Numbered from the stretch's first letter, positions 38,450 through 48,636 are shown. The stretch is 64,000 nucleotides of DNA from an uncultured archaeon (GCA_903831045.1 CAIKWG010000005.1:7743-71742), one strand, 5' to 3'. Program-made: numbers and translations. Notes: generated by a model from the sequence alone, not told the origin.

Positions 38450-41400
38450 AAACTCCAGATTCTTTCATGAAAACCCAATAACCATAACCAGGTTTCATTG
38501 TAGTAAATTCTTTAACTCCAGCTACACTATAAGTTTTCCATTCTGAAGTGGCTGTATTAAATTCTAATACAAAGGAGTATTTTCCATCTACAGCACTTAA
38601 GGCATTAGATACAGTTGAAGTTATCTCAGTTCCATGGCCAATTAAATTCCATCCTACAGCTAAATCTTGCGAAGGTGGAACTGGAGGAACTCCAGAACCA
38701 ATTGTTTCATAAGTTAAGCTTAATGTTTTATCCACAGACGGTTTAACCCAATATCCCTTAAGAGGATCAATAGTAGACAATGTTCCAGAACCTAGATATT
38801 TGTATACCCAATCTTCTATACTGGCATCATAATAATAAATTAAATCATTAGTACTAAATAAACTTCCAACATTTGAATTAGCCAAAGTCTTTGGAACAGA
38901 AATTAAATTCCATTTTCCACCAGTCAAAACTATTTGATCATCAAATGTAGGAGCATTAATAGTAATACTTAAAGTTTTAGAAGTTGTTCCTTTTGATGCA
39001 GTAATAGTAGCTGTATCTTCAGTTCCATCTGAAGGTCCTGTTAATACAACAACTGCTTGACCATTAACATTTGTTGTTGCACTCATAGTTGTTGCCCCAT
39101 TGCTAAATAATCCTTTAGTTGTTGCAAAAGAAATTGTTTCTCCAGCAGAAGCAATATCATTTCCATTGACATCTTGCATTTGGGCTGTAATGGTTGTAGT
39201 ATCTGCTCCATCTGCATCAACAGAAGAAGGATTTGAACTTAATGCAATTGCTCCAAAAGAACCTGCACTAAATGTAACGTTTATTGTTTGAACTACTCCA
39301 TAACTTGAAAAACTAATTACAGCAACTCCAGTAGTTGCGGCAGAAGTTAATGTAACTTGAATTTGACCGCTTGATGTTGTTCCACTTAAATCACTTAATG
39401 AACCTTGAGTAGTTGACATCTCAACCATTGTTCCATCTGCCATTAGATTATTTGCTCCATCTCTCAATGTAGCAGTAAGAGTTGCAGTACTTGCTCCATC
39501 TGCAGCAATCTTTGTCTTAGTTGTAGATAAACTGATTGCATGAGTTTCTAAAAATCCAATTTTAACTGAATCATTAATTATTCCACTATTAGCAGTTCCA
39601 TCAGTCGCAACAACATAACAATTCCAAAAATCATCTTTTGTAGTAAGAGATTCTGAAACAGTGTTTGTAGTTAATCCAACTTGTTCAACATTATTTTTAT
39701 ACCATTTGTAAACATAAGTCAGACTATCTGAATCAGCGTCTGTGCTTCCACTTGCAGTACAAGTCAAATTATCAACTGAGTAAGGATTATTCGGAGTAAC
39801 ATCAACTGTAGGATTTGCTGGAATAGTATTTCCAATTGTAACAGTTGAAGAAGTCTGAGTTTCTCCAGCATTTGTTCCATCACTTGGAGTTACAGTAAAG
39901 TACCAAACATCTCCTTTAGTAGTTGCACTTGCTAAAACAGTTGAACCAGTTATCCCACTATCAATATCATTTTTGTACCATTTTATCACAGTTCCAGAAT
40001 TTGCATCACTGTCTGCATCTGCATAAGTATAACTTGCTGTTAAATCATTGGTAGTTAATGGTGATGAAGGTGTTAAAGATAAACTGCTTGCAACAGGAGC
40101 TGTGTTGGAAATAGTCACAGAACTTTCTGTATAAGCTCCAGCTTCTCTTCCATCTCCAGGAGTAACTCTACATTTCCAAACTTCTCCTTTAGCAGTATTA
40201 GTTGCTAAAACAGTATTTGTTGTTAATGAAGTTTGATTATCTTCACCCTTAAACCACGAATAAGAATAAACTACGCTATCTAAATCAGCATCTGTGCTTC
40301 CACCAACATTACAAGTTAAATCATTTGTAGTATAAGCAGTTGTAGGACTAACAGTCACAGCTGGAGAATTAGGCAATTGATTAATATTAATTGTTTTACT
40401 AATAATAGTTTGTGAATTGCCTGCAGCATCAGTTGAAAAATATCTTAAATAATTAACTCCTCTTGTGCTGAATGAAATTCCAGTTACATAATCAGTTGTA
40501 GGAGTACAAGTATTAACATTATCCATACAATATTTTGTTGAAGCAACTCCAACTACATCTGAAGGACTAATAGTTACAGTATATCCTGGAAGCTGAATTG
40601 CAGTTACAGAATTATCTGAAGTTGTCGGTGCAGTTATATCTTGAACAGTAATTGTAAATGTTTCTGGAGTTGCTGCATTACTATGAGCATCTGTTTTTGA
40701 ACAAGTAACAGTAGTTATTCCAAGTGCAAAAGTATCTCCAGAATCTCTATTACACGTTGTATTAATATTTCCGTCTACAACATCACGAGATAGAGGAGTA
40801 GCAAATGTTGCAACAGCTCCGGATGAACTTGTTGCTTCTAAAGTTATATCTGCAACGTTATCAATTGTTGGAGCAGTTCTATCTTGAACAGTTATTGTAA
40901 ATGTTTCTGAAGTTGCGGCATTTCCTGCAGCATCTGTTTTTGAACAAGTAACAGTAGTTATTCCAAGTGCAAAAGTATCTCCAGAATCTCTATTACACGT
41001 TGCATTAATATTTCCGTCTACAACATCACGAGATAGAGGAGTAGCAAATGTTGCAATAGCACCTGATGAACTTGTAGCTTCTAAAGTTATATCTACAACA
41101 TTATCAATTGTGGGTTTAGTTGTATCACTAACAGTAATTGTAAATGTTTCTGGAGTTGCTATATTTCCAGCAACATCTGTTTTTGAACAAGTCACAGTAG
41201 TTACTCCAATAGCAAATGTTGAACCTGAAGTTGCATCACAAGTCGACGCAATATCTCCATCTACAACATCACGAGATAGAGGAGTAGCAAATGTTGCAAT
41301 AGCACCTGATGAACTTGTTGCTTCTAAGGTTATATCTACAACATTATCAATTGTGGGTTTAGTTGTATCTATTCCAGCAATTGCGTTTGATAGTTTATAT

Positions 41401-44400
41401 TCAATATTTCCAGCAACATCAGTTGATCTATAACAAACATTTTTAGTATTATCATCTTGTGAAGTAAAAGTTGTACTTGAATAAGCTTCAAAAGTTAATG
41501 AAATATCACAAGTATTCACTCCAGCAGCATTAACAAACATTGTAAGAGTACCATCTCCCCCATCTGCAGTAATAGTTTTACTTTGCGCAGAAGAAGTATC
41601 TGGATTAATTATTGTAATTGTAGGTTTCGTTGTATCTATTCCAGCAATTGCATCCGATAATTTATATGCAATATTTCCAACAGCATCAGTCGATCTATAA
41701 CAAACAGTTTTAGTATTATCATCTTGTGAAGTAAAAGTTGTACTTGAATAAGCTTCAAAAGTTAATGAAATATCACAAGTATTCACTCCAGCAGCATTAA
41801 CAAACATTGTAAGAGTACCATCTCCCCCATCTGCAATTATTGTTTTAGTTTGAGCAGAACTAGTAGTAGGATTTGTAATTGTTATTGTTGGAGCAGTTCT
41901 ATCAATTCCTGCAATTGCATTTGATAAAGAATATGCAATATTTCCTGCAACATCAATTGATCTATAACAAACCTTTTTACCATTGTCAGATTCTGAACTA
42001 AAAGTATTAGAGTCATAAGCAACATAAGTTAAGGTTCCATCGCAAATAACACCAGTAGTAATAGACATAGTTAAAGTTCCATCTTCACCAGTTGCTGTTA
42101 TTGTTTTGCTTTGAGCAGCATTAGTATTTGGATTTGTAATAGTAATGACTGGTGCAGTATTATCAATAGTTAATGAAGTTACTCCAGTTGCAGCAGAATT
42201 AGCATTTCCAGAAACATCGCTAGCAACAATTGAAATTGCTTGAGCTCCATTATTTCCAGACGGAACATTCCATGAATAAGTCCAAACCGTATTACTAACC
42301 ATAGTCATATCAACAGTAGTAACAAGAGCCCCAATTGTAATTTTAGGTTTAGTAGCTTCATTAATTCCCGAACCTGTTTCAGTAAAAGTAGCAGTAATAA
42401 TAACAGTATCTGCATCTCTTACAATTGTATCTGCATGATCATTTGATAAAATAACTGTCGGCACAGTTGTATCAACATTCATATTTGAGTTATATGCCCA
42501 AGGAGTGTAATCTACATTAGTTGAAACAGTATCACATCCAGAAGTTCCAGGTCCAGTTGGACATCCCCAATAATTATTTGTTGCATTAAAAGTTCCGTAT
42601 GAAGAAGCATGTCTTGCACCAATTCCATCATTACCAGAGATTATATTATTATGTGCATTAGCAATAGGAGTTTCAGTTCCAGTAGCATATCCTACATTAA
42701 TTCCATAATAATTATCATTAAGAGTGTTATCTAAAATTGTTGCCCGAGAATTTAATAAAACAATTATTCCTGCAGAATTAGAACCATCTACAGTTGCAAC
42801 TCCAAGATTATTTGTAATTGTACTACCAGTTATTGTTACAACAGCACCATTAGTAACTTCAACACCGTAATCTAACCAATTTCCAACTCCCTTTCCAGTA
42901 TAAGTATTATTAGAATAAATACCCGTAGTTCCAGCACCCCAATAAGCGATTCCTTCTCGACCAATATTATCAAAGCTTGAATCACTTACGTTAACATCTC
43001 CAATCATACCAAAAGCATAAATTGCAAAACCAGCATAATCTGGACCAGAAGGATTATATTGTAAATTTGTAAAATAAACATCTTGGATTGTTCCAGTACC
43101 TTTATGTCTAATACCATGAAAAATTTTATACCCTGTTCCATCAAGAGTAACTTTACTCAAATTAAATGCAATTCCAGAATTAACAACCCACCAACCTTTT
43201 GCATCTCCAGAACTTCCTGTATCTTGATTAGTTTTAATTATAGTTGTGGCTCTATCTGCACCAACAATATTTAGATTTTTACTAATAACTATTTGCCCTA
43301 CTTCTGTATAAGTTCCAGCACTTACTTCAATTGTATCTCCAGCAGTTGCAGCATTAATTGCAGCTTGAATTGTAGTAAAATCTTTTCCACTTGCACCAAC
43401 AGTTAATTTATTATCTGAATCATAAATAGCTCCATCTGAGTTTACAGTTGATTGAATATTTTCAGAATTATCTTTTACTTTCACATAAATTGTTTTTGCT
43501 CCATCACTAGCAACACATCCAGCTCCAGTTACAATATTAAATGAATCATAACTTGTTGACCATGCAACCCAATCACTCCAAGAAGAACTATCACAACTGA
43601 ATTGCATAAGATTTGGAGTAACTGCTCCAGCAGTTAATGTTAAGACAGGAGTTGAATCTTTTGTGACAACATTTCCGCTATCAACAGAGATTGTAACTGC
43701 ACTAGGAGTAATTGTATCAACTGCAAAAGTTTGAGCGTTTGTATTATCATTCATAATATTTCCAGTATTATCTCTTGCATTCTTCACACTGATGGTTCCA
43801 ATTGCTTCTTCATTATTATCCGTAATAGTAACACTTCCAACCCAAGTTGTTCCAGTGTAAGATGTTTGACTGATAGTATATGCTCCAGAAAGTCCAGTAA
43901 TTTCAACGAGAGGAGAAACAGCATTATTCATTCCAGTTCCTGTTTCAACAAAATTCACAGTAACAGTTAAAGCTCCATTAGCGTCATTTACCGCAGAAGG
44001 ACTAACAACAACTGAACCAACAGTTGGTTTAATTGTATCTAAAACAATATTAGAAGTTGTAGTTCTGGAATTTCCAGCTAAATCTGTAGCAACAACAGTG
44101 ATAGTATTAGAACCTTCAGATAAATGAAGATTAGAATAAGAATAAGTTCCACCTACAATAGTTGCAACATTGTTGTTTACAGTAATTGTATTAAGATTTG
44201 TTTCAGTAAATGTTCCAGATATTGTTTGAGCAGTAATACTTGTAGGAGTTGTAACAGTATTTAATCCGATAGCGGGTAAAGTGTTATCAATGGTAAAAAA
44301 ATTATTTGAAATAGAATAAATATCTGAATCCGAAGTAGCACGAATTTTAATACGATAGTTTGATGTATCTGTCTTTCCATTTGTGCTCCAAGAATAAGTA

Positions 44401-44684
44401 CCTAAACTACAAGCAACATTGGAAGCAATAAGGATAGTTGTACCAGGATTCCAAGTGCCAAGGGTTCCTCCTTGACCATAATAAAGATTTACAGTTTCTC
44501 CTTCAACGCAATCAGTAGAATCCCATGTAACACTTTGAGTTCCACTTAAATATTCTCCACCATTAGGAGAAGTCACTGTAACACTGCTTAAAGCAGAAAC
44601 ACTAAATGAGAAAAATATAACAAACAAAACAGTTAACACAGGTAAGAAATTCTTTGCTCTTTTATCTAACATAATTTTAACCAT
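38433..44684 (-). CDS. giant surface protein / putative adhesin (2083 aa): N-terminal signal anchor, Ig-like domains, right-handed parallel beta-helix (pectate-lyase-like PbH1 repeats), three HYR-like repeats, three PKD-like repeats, Big_1-like domains, unique C-terminal domain
   Basis: PbH1-type repeats (NNTYTG..., ITGSTITNNLGVA..., NAHNNIISGND...); tandem repeats TKPTIDNVVDITLEATSSSGAIATFATPLSRDVVDG...; ISLSTTKTKIAADGASTATLTATL Big_1-like. Confidence 0.75.
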   Translation of the reverse strand: MVKIMLDKRAKNFLPVLTVLFVIFFSFSVSALSSVTVTSPNGGEYLSGTQSVTWDSTDCVEGETVNLYYGQGGTLGTWNPGTTILIASNVACSLGTYSWSTNGKTDTSNYRIKIRATSDSDIYSISNNFFTIDNTLPAIGLNTVTTPTSITAQTISGTFTETNLNTITVNNNVATIVGGTYSYSNLHLSEGSNTITVVATDLAGNSRTTTSNIVLDTIKPTVGSVVVSPSAVNDANGALTVTVNFVETGTGMNNAVSPLVEITGLSGAYTISQTSYTGTTWVGSVTITDNNEEAIGTISVKNARDNTGNIMNDNTNAQTFAVDTITPSAVTISVDSGNVVTKDSTPVLTLTAGAVTPNLMQFSCDSSSWSDWVAWSTSYDSFNIVTGAGCVASDGAKTIYVKVKDNSENIQSTVNSDGAIYDSDNKLTVGASGKDFTTIQAAINAATAGDTIEVSAGTYTEVGQIVISKNLNIVGADRATTIIKTNQDTGSSGDAKGWWVVNSGIAFNLSKVTLDGTGYKIFHGIRHKGTGTIQDVYFTNLQYNPSGPDYAGFAIYAFGMIGDVNVSDSSFDNIGREGIAYWGAGTTGIYSNNTYTGKGVGNWLDYGVEVTNGAVVTITGSTITNNLGVATVDGSNSAGIIVLLNSRATILDNTLNDNYYGINVGYATGTETPIANAHNNIISGNDGIGARHASSYGTFNATNNYWGCPTGPGTSGCDTVSTNVDYTPWAYNSNMNVDTTVPTVILSNDHADTIVRDADTVIITATFTETGSGINEATKPKITIGALVTTVDMTMVSNTVWTYSWNVPSGNNGAQAISIVASDVSGNANSAATGVTSLTIDNTAPVITITNPNTNAAQSKTITATGEDGTLTMSITTGVICDGTLTYVAYDSNTFSSESDNGKKVCYRSIDVAGNIAYSLSNAIAGIDRTAPTITITNPTTSSAQTKTIIADGGDGTLTMFVNAAGVNTCDISLTFEAYSSTTFTSQDDNTKTVCYRSTDAVGNIAYKLSDAIAGIDTTKPTITIINPDTSSAQSKTITADGGDGTLTMFVNAAGVNTCDISLTFEAYSSTTFTSQDDNTKNVCYRSTDVAGNIEYKLSNAIAGIDTTKPTIDNVVDITLEATSSSGAIATFATPLSRDVVDGDIASTCDATSGSTFAIGVTTVTCSKTDVAGNIATPETFTITVSDTTKPTIDNVVDITLEATSSSGAIATFATPLSRDVVDGNINATCNRDSGDTFALGITTVTCSKTDAAGNAATSETFTITVQDRTAPTIDNVADITLEATSSSGAVATFATPLSRDVVDGNINTTCNRDSGDTFALGITTVTCSKTDAHSNAATPETFTITVQDITAPTTSDNSVTAIQLPGYTVTISPSDVVGVASTKYCMDNVNTCTPTTDYVTGISFSTRGVNYLRYFSTDAAGNSQTIISKTININQLPNSPAVTVSPTTAYTTNDLTCNVGGSTDADLDSVVYSYSWFKGEDNQTSLTTNTVLATNTAKGEVWKCRVTPGDGREAGAYTESSVTISNTAPVASSLSLTPSSPLTTNDLTASYTYADADSDANSGTVIKWYKNDIDSGITGSTVLASATTKGDVWYFTVTPSDGTNAGETQTSSTVTIGNTIPANPTVDVTPNNPYSVDNLTCTASGSTDADSDSLTYVYKWYKNNVEQVGLTTNTVSESLTTKDDFWNCYVVATDGTANSGIINDSVKIGFLETHAISLSTTKTKIAADGASTATLTATLRDGANNLMADGTMVEMSTTQGSLSDLSGTTSSGQIQVTLTSAATTGVAVISFSSYGVVQTINVTFSAGSFGAIALSSNPSSVDADGADTTTITAQMQDVNGNDIASAGETISFATTKGLFSNGATTMSATTNVNGQAVVVLTGPSDGTEDTATITASKGTTSKTLSITINAPTFDDQIVLTGGKWNLISVPKTLANSNVGSLFSTNDLIYYYDASIEDWVYKYLGSGTLSTIDPLKGYWVKPSVDKTLSLTYETIGSGVPPVPPSQDLAVGWNLIGHGTEITSTVSNALSAVDGKYSFVLEFNTATSEWKTYSVAGVKEFTTMKPGYGYWVFMKESGVYASGA
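40630..41375. repeat. three tandem near-identical repeats of about 245 nt (HYR-like domain copies) inside the giant surface-protein gene
   Basis: about 90% or higher nt identity between copies, read directly. Confidence 0.7.
41380..42160. repeat. two near-identical repeats of about 258 nt plus one divergent copy (Ig-like domain copies) inside the giant gene
   Basis: copies starting near 41385 and 41643 are almost identical for more than 230 nt. Confidence 0.7.
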
Positions 44685-44800
44685 TACAAAAGCAATACAA
44701 CTTACTCTATTTAAACACTTTTGTTCTATAAGATATATTATTTAATATACATTTAAAAAAATATCGTCGCTATTTTAACATAAAATTCAATAAAAATTTC

Positions 44801-45409
44801 TCACTCCCAAACAATTCTTGCATCAACAATAAAACCTCTAGAATCCTGAACCATCAAAGGATTAATATCCATTTCTTTTATCTTTGGATATTTTTTAACA
44901 AGCTCATTAACTTTCAAAATGATATTCTCAATAATTACAACATCTCGCATTGGTAAAGCTCTAGCAGCATGAACTTCATGAATCATTTTTCTAATATCTC
45001 CTATATTAATAGGAGCAACACGAAAAGTCATATCTTTCTTTTTCTCAACATCTGTTCCTCCAGACCCAAAACCAATAACCAATCCAAAGTCATGAGTTCT
45101 TTTAACTCCAATGATAAATTCAGAACCAGCAACTTGTTTTTGAATTACAACTCCTTGAGCTCCAGGAATTTTTCTTAGCTTCATAAAATAATGCAAAGCA
45201 TCAGAATAGGTTTTAACTCCTATCTGAACTCCACCAATTCTAGTTTTATGTATAATCTCTCTTCCAGCAGCTTTCATAACAACTGGAAAACCCAAATCCA
45301 CAAGCATTTGTCTTAAACCTTGGATTGTAGAAACAAATCCTCCTTTAACAACGACAAAACCCTCACTTCTTAAGAATTCTTCAGCTTCTTTTTCTGAAAA
45401 TATTTTCAT
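44801..45409 (-). CDS. acetate--CoA ligase (ADP-forming) beta subunit, ATP-grasp domain
   Basis: 202 aa ATP-grasp_5-like (VVMKAAGREIIHKTRIGGV...; DINPLMV). Confidence 0.6.
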   Translation of the reverse strand: MKIFSEKEAEEFLRSEGFVVVKGGFVSTIQGLRQMLVDLGFPVVMKAAGREIIHKTRIGGVQIGVKTYSDALHYFMKLRKIPGAQGVVIQKQVAGSEFIIGVKRTHDFGLVIGFGSGGTDVEKKKDMTFRVAPINIGDIRKMIHEVHAARALPMRDVVIIENIILKVNELVKKYPKIKEMDINPLMVQDSRGFIVDARIVWE

Positions 45410-45455
45410 AATAGCTTAACATAAGTTATTTATATATACTTTTCGAATTATATTC

Positions 45456-46691
45456 ATGAAAAAGAGGAGAGAAAAGGGTGAAACTAAAAGAGAAACCCTA
45501 ATTGAAAATTTTCTAAATCCCAAAACAATTGCAGTTATAGGAGCATCAGAAAAACAAAACAAGGTAGGAACAGTTCTAATGCAGAAGTTAGAAAGTTTTA
45601 AAGGAACAGTCATTCCAATAAATCCATCCTCCTCAACAATTTTTTCAAAAGTTTCTTACAAAACAGTTCTGAACTATAAAGAAAAAATAGACTTAGCAAT
45701 AATTGCAATTCCAGCAGAAGCAGTTCCAAAAGTTCTAAAACAATGTGGCAAAAAGAAAATAAAAGAAATCATAATTATCTCTGCAGGATTTAATGAAATT
45801 GGAAATGCTAAGTTACAAAAGAGTGTAGACAGAATAAAAGAAAAATACAAAATGAATATTCTGGGACCAAATTGTTTTGGAATTGTAAACCCAAAATTAT
45901 CTTTAGACACAACCTTTGCAAACACAACCCCAAAAAAAGGAAATATTGCATTTATTAGCCAAAGTGGAGCTTTGTGGAGTTATATTGCAGATTTAAATTT
46001 AGGATTCTCTGGATTTGTAAGTCTGGGCAATATGTCAGATTTAGGATTTAATGAATTTTTAGAATATTACATTAAAGATAAATCAACAAAAAAGATAATC
46101 CTCTACATTGAAAAACTAAAGGAAGGAAGCAGATTCATCGAACTTTGCAAATCTACAAAAAAAGAGATTATTGTAATCAAAGCAGGAAAAACAGAACAAG
46201 GGAATAAAGCAGCAATAAGCCACACTGCCAGTTTAGCAACAGATTATGAAATATATTCTAAGGCATTCCTACAAGCAGGAGTAAGACAAGTTAACACTTT
46301 GGCCGAAGCACTGAACTTAGAAAGACCCAATATTATCCAAGAGCTTAAAGGAAAAAATCTCTTCATTATTACAAATGCTGGAGGAGCAGGAACGATTCTA
46401 ACAGATCAGTTAGTAAGCCAAGGATTCAAAGTAGAGGGACCAAGAGATATTCTTGGAACTGCAACAGCCAGTGATTATAAAACAACTCTTAACAAAATAG
46501 AACAAGATTATCATAATATAATTATCATCCTAACTCCTCAAAGAATGTCAGAGCCAACAAAAACTGCACAGGAAATTGTGCGTTCACATTGGAAAGATAG
46601 AATAATAGCAGTTTTTCTTGGGGATAAATCAATCCAAGAAGCGAAAAGAATTCTAGAAACAAACGGAGTAAAAGTTTTTACTAATCTATAA
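45456..46691 (+). CDS. acetate--CoA ligase (ADP-forming) alpha subunit (CoA-binding plus succinyl-CoA-synthetase-like flavodoxin domain)
   Basis: LNPKTIAVIGASEKQNKVGTVLMQKL...VIPINP N-terminal CoA-binding motif; divergently transcribed from the beta subunit. Confidence 0.65.
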   Translation: MKKRREKGETKRETLIENFLNPKTIAVIGASEKQNKVGTVLMQKLESFKGTVIPINPSSSTIFSKVSYKTVLNYKEKIDLAIIAIPAEAVPKVLKQCGKKKIKEIIIISAGFNEIGNAKLQKSVDRIKEKYKMNILGPNCFGIVNPKLSLDTTFANTTPKKGNIAFISQSGALWSYIADLNLGFSGFVSLGNMSDLGFNEFLEYYIKDKSTKKIILYIEKLKEGSRFIELCKSTKKEIIVIKAGKTEQGNKAAISHTASLATDYEIYSKAFLQAGVRQVNTLAEALNLERPNIIQELKGKNLFIITNAGGAGTILTDQLVSQGFKVEGPRDILGTATASDYKTTLNKIEQDYHNIIIILTPQRMSEPTKTAQEIVRSHWKDRIIAVFLGDKSIQEAKRILETNGVKVFTNL

Positions 46692-46692
46692 A

Positions 46693-47346
46693 ATGAAATC
46701 CTCAACAATAGTTCCAATAATGAACACCCTAAGCAAGATTTATGTTTCAACAGAAAAAACAACTCTGAACAGAATGCGAAAAGAAAAAAATGCATTTAAA
46801 ATTTTAATCTCATGTCTTCTTTCACTTAGAGCCAGAGATGAAACCACAGACAGAATATCTGAAGCATTATTCAAAATTGCGGATACTCCTCAAGAAATCC
46901 TCAAAATTCCAACATCAAAATTAGAAAAGATTATTTTCTCAACAGGACATTACAAAAAGAAAACTCAAGTTTTAAAATCAGTTTCAAGAGAATTAATAGA
47001 AAGATTTAATTCAGAAGTTCCAAAAACAAAAGATGAACTACTTTCAATAAAAGGAATTGGCCCAAAAACAGCAAACATTGTTCTAGCATTTGCATTTGGA
47101 CAACAGGTTATTCCAGTAGATGTGCATGTGCATGTTATTCCGAATAGATTAGGATGGATAAAAACAAAAACTCCCGAACAAACAGAAAAAGAGTTAGAAA
47201 AGATAATACCAAAAAAATACTGGGCAGATTTTAATGCAATTTTTGTTCAATTTGGAAGAGAAACTTGCATTACAATTTCTCCAAAGTGTAGTACTTGCCC
47301 AATCAAGGAGTTATGCCCACGAATAGGAATAAAGTACAGTAGATAA
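46693..47346 (+). CDS. nth: endonuclease III (HhH-GPD DNA glycosylase with [4Fe-4S] cluster loop)
   Basis: HhH LLSIKGIGPKTANIVL; C-terminal CxxxxxxCxxCxxxxxC (CITISPKCSTCPIKELC). Confidence 0.8.
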   Translation: MKSSTIVPIMNTLSKIYVSTEKTTLNRMRKEKNAFKILISCLLSLRARDETTDRISEALFKIADTPQEILKIPTSKLEKIIFSTGHYKKKTQVLKSVSRELIERFNSEVPKTKDELLSIKGIGPKTANIVLAFAFGQQVIPVDVHVHVIPNRLGWIKTKTPEQTEKELEKIIPKKYWADFNAIFVQFGRETCITISPKCSTCPIKELCPRIGIKYSR

Positions 47347-47354
47347 AAGATAGA

Positions 47355-48359
47355 TTATTTTCTATTTTTTTTAACTTTATCAATTAGTAAAATAAACTCT
47401 CGCTTTTTCTTAGAAGACGTGCATCCGATAAGATTGTAAAATTTAGAATATTCATTAAAGCTGGTTATATTAAAATAATATCTAACCTTATCCATCTTAG
47501 TATATGCTCTAATTGGATTGGAATTAATACCACAATCTTTAAGCATTTTTATTACTGCTTCTAATATTTCTTTCCTATCTTGATGAAATCGAACGGTATA
47601 ATTTTTAGAATTAACAGAACCTTCATCATCAAAAAATGCTCTAACTAAAGAAATTTTAAAATTAATATTTAATGTATTTATTTTTTCTGTTATTATTTTA
47701 TTCCCTCCCTCTGCAAATTTACCACATAGTTCGTACAAAATATCTGCACATATTTTAGGATAAAATAATCCTACATTATGACCCTTAGGAATATCCTTAA
47801 AATTTATCACTCTTTTCAACCATTTAGTATGCCCATAATTGGGAACATCTTGAACCCAAATTCTAGGTTTTATTCCAAAGATATCTTCCATATATCCTGA
47901 AAATTCTTTTAATAATTCTTGATTTGAGTTAGAATAAAAAACAGAATGAAATCTTTTGTCTATAGATCCGTCCCCTAAGATGTGTCCGATAATAGAACCC
48001 AATTTATGATCAATTTTTATTGGAAAATTAGGATTTATCTCTCCATTTCGTATTCCTGCCTTAATGTAAATTAAATTTTCTTCTATTTTATGCCAAGTAC
48101 AATCTGATAAATCAACCAGCTTTACAAGTTTCGCAAATGGGACTGTTCTATCTCCTTTCATCCATCCGTAAATAGTAGTAGCAGATTTTTTATTTTTATT
48201 AATTGGACAAGAAATTTTTTTAGCAAACAATTCATTTCTATGAGGTAAATTAGAATTTGATGCCTTTTTTAGTAATTCATTCAAGAAATTTAAATTTAAT
48301 TTTACATGGGAGTTAGATAGAGCATTACTTAAATCTTCCAAGTAAACTAAATCTTCCAT
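47355..48359 (-). CDS. free-standing double-motif LAGLIDADG homing-endonuclease-like protein with an extra N-terminal domain
   Basis: motif 1 LGSIIGHILGDGSI and motif 2 LVRAFFDDEGSV spaced about 100 aa apart; not inside an intron or intein. Confidence 0.6.
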   Translation of the reverse strand: MEDLVYLEDLSNALSNSHVKLNLNFLNELLKKASNSNLPHRNELFAKKISCPINKNKKSATTIYGWMKGDRTVPFAKLVKLVDLSDCTWHKIEENLIYIKAGIRNGEINPNFPIKIDHKLGSIIGHILGDGSIDKRFHSVFYSNSNQELLKEFSGYMEDIFGIKPRIWVQDVPNYGHTKWLKRVINFKDIPKGHNVGLFYPKICADILYELCGKFAEGGNKIITEKINTLNINFKISLVRAFFDDEGSVNSKNYTVRFHQDRKEILEAVIKMLKDCGINSNPIRAYTKMDKVRYYFNITSFNEYSKFYNLIGCTSSKKKREFILLIDKVKKNRK

Positions 48360-48525
48360 GTTTAGTTAAAAAGATTAAATTTTATATATTTTATTACTCA
48401 TTTTCAAGGAATACCAGTCTCCCCCTTATGCTCTACATGCCCAATAAGCAAATATTACCCTAGAATAGATGTGAAGAGATTTAGGTGACCAAAACCTTTT
48501 TAAAACAAACTTCCATAAAAATTCT

Positions 48526-48636
48526 ATGAAAAGAAGTTCTAGACGTTGGAAGAAGAAAAGACAAATGCGTTGGAAATGGCAAAGAAAAAAGCTTAGAAAG
48601 GAAAAGCATAAGCGTAAAATAAGAAGATCTAAGTAA
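48526..48636 (+). CDS. rpl41e: ribosomal protein L41e (36 aa, MKRSSRRWKKKRQMRWKWQRKKLRKEKHKRKIRRSK)
   Basis: tiny Arg/Lys/Trp-rich ORF resembling eL41; TATA-like ctttttaaaac about 25 nt upstream of the ATG (leaderless configuration). Confidence 0.55.
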   Translation: MKRSSRRWKKKRQMRWKWQRKKLRKEKHKRKIRRSK

